DNA of 64,000 nucleotides, taken from NCBI GenBank assembly GCA_016839555.1, contig JAEOUA010000010.1, positions 256,001 to 320,000 on the forward strand, written 5' to 3'. The DNA is from Promethearchaeota archaeon. Its GTDB lineage: Archaea; Asgardarchaeota; Lokiarchaeia; Sigyniarchaeales; SOKP01. Below the pieces are notes generated by a model. The model ran no database searches and was not told where the DNA came from. It saw only the letters and a list, made by a program, of their open reading frames with translations. A program made the translations under genes and the position numbers. Shown here one piece after another: positions 62,810 through 64,000 of the stretch (the stretch's first letter is position 1; each line of letters begins with the position of its first letter).

Positions 62810-63718
62810 ATGAAAGATATACTTATTAAGATTTCTGATGATTTTCCAGAAATTTTTTTCGTAAAAGGACAGAGAAACGGAAAATACCCATATTCCCATA
62901 GTATGCTATTAAAAGACACTCTTATTGATACAGGAATATCAAGCGGTTTTTTAAGGAAACTTAAACGAAAAATAAAAATTAATAATGTAATTTTATCACA
63001 CTGGCACGAGGATCATATATGTGGCAATCGTCTCTTATCCCAGGCGAATTTTATGGCTCATAAGGAAGATATCCATATAATAGAAGATATATCGAAAATG
63101 TACGAATATTATCACGTGTCCAATGATCCTGAGCAAATTGAACTTTTTGACGCTATTTTACAAGGTTTACGATTAAAGAATACCACCATTGATAGCATTC
63201 TCTCAGATAAGGATATTATAGAAATAAACGATTTATACGAACTGCAAGTTATTCATACGCCAGGGCATACCAAAGGTCATTCTTGTTTTTATGAGAAAAA
63301 TTCAAAAATTATATTTTTAGCAGATATTGACTTAAGCAGTTTCGGTCCTTGGTATGGATGTAAAGATTCAAATATTATGGAATTTGAAGACTCTATTAAA
63401 AAATTAAAAGAATTGCAGATTGAAATAGCAGTCTCCGCTCATAAAGGTATTATTTATGGGTCAAGTAATATCCAGAATCAGCTAGAGGAGTATTTAAAAA
63501 AAATATATCAAAGAGATGAAAAAATATTAAAATTTCTTTCAGAAAATTCCCCTAAAACTTTAGAAGACCTAGCAAACAAAAATATTATCTATTCTACCTA
63601 TAGTGAATATAAAATTTATGAAATCCTTGCTGAAAAAATAATGATTAAATCTCATTTAACTAAACTACTTAAAGAAAATAAAATTTCACAAAAAAATAAT
63701 GGATATATTTTGAGCTAG
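62810..63718 (+). CDS. Metallo-beta-lactamase fold hydrolase with C-terminal wHTH-like region
   Basis: LIDTG, SHWHEDHICG, HTPGHTKGH, AD, SAHKG. Confidence 0.9.
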   Translation: MKDILIKISDDFPEIFFVKGQRNGKYPYSHSMLLKDTLIDTGISSGFLRKLKRKIKINNVILSHWHEDHICGNRLLSQANFMAHKEDIHIIEDISKMYEYYHVSNDPEQIELFDAILQGLRLKNTTIDSILSDKDIIEINDLYELQVIHTPGHTKGHSCFYEKNSKIIFLADIDLSSFGPWYGCKDSNIMEFEDSIKKLKELQIEIAVSAHKGIIYGSSNIQNQLEEYLKKIYQRDEKILKFLSENSPKTLEDLANKNIIYSTYSEYKIYEILAEKIMIKSHLTKLLKENKISQKNNGYILS

Positions 63719-63832
63719 AGATTCTTTCTACTTAAAAAATAAATAATGATAAAAATATAAAGATTAAAAACTAGAATAATAAAAATAGATAATTAAGGAA
63801 AAATACTGTGCTGATTAAATAATTCAGACATT

Positions 63833-64000
63833 TTAAAAGATTTCAGCTTTTTGCTCCCTTTTTTCTATCTCGAATCTCTTCTTCCGTTTTATCATTTCCG
63901 TGAAAGCCCCAATTCTTGTTTTCAAACCCGCGTCGCCAGAATGCTCATCCATTATGATAGCCAAGTAAGGGAGTCTCACCACTTTCATATCTCTCATGAT
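63833..64000 (-). CDS. C-terminus of a second 2-hydroxyacyl-CoA dehydratase/DUF2229-like activase partner (runs off the window)
   Basis: Frame reads ...LPYLAIIMDEHSGDAGLKTRIGAFTEMIKRKKRFEIEKREQKAEIF*; the DEHSG..G..TR..AF motif matches the end of 58702-59895. Confidence 0.75.
   Translation of the reverse strand: MMRDMKVVRLPYLAIIMDEHSGDAGLKTRIGAFTEMIKRKKRFEIEKREQKAEIF

Noticed and set aside
1-64000. tRNA/rRNA genes, transposases, integrases
   Set aside because: No GC-rich structured RNA segment or recognisable recombinase/transposase ORF was found by eye; tRNAscan-SE/Infernal would be needed to exclude them fully.

Overview
AT-rich archaeal chromosomal segment. The gene content points to an Asgard archaeon, most likely Lokiarchaeia/Promethearchaeia (inference): a gelsolin-domain protein, a Rab-like small GTPase, a vWA-RING protein, a standalone SCP2, an HdrA-MvhD fusion, MtrH/MtaA-like methyltransferases, a Loki-type 7TM protein and a Loki-CTERM-like anchor. 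About 50 CDSs. They include grpE/dnaK (divergent) with dnaJ about 12.5 kb downstream, separated by a sulfatase/GH94/GPH-transporter catabolic block, plus lipid and acyl-CoA metabolism genes and dispersed 2-hydroxyacyl-CoA dehydratase/activator-type genes. No tRNA, rRNA, CRISPR array or intact mobile element was recognised. Best candidates for undescribed biology: (i) a tandem array of four zinc-ribbon/3-TM paralogs, each with its own copy of a conserved promoter and a variable outer loop (28.6-31.8 kb); (ii) a CPIC-x3-NH...GIxCCxCF metal-binding domain found both standalone (27.4 kb) and fused to a G3-degenerate Rab-like GTPase (53.5 kb); (iii) a CorA-like 2-TM protein fused to a Nudix hydrolase (2.6-4.3 kb); (iv) a gelsolin domain followed by two tandem unknown repeats. 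Several local rearrangement scars are also visible: a G9 frameshift, tandem and direct repeats, and truncated genes. All family assignments come from motif recognition by eye, not database searches.
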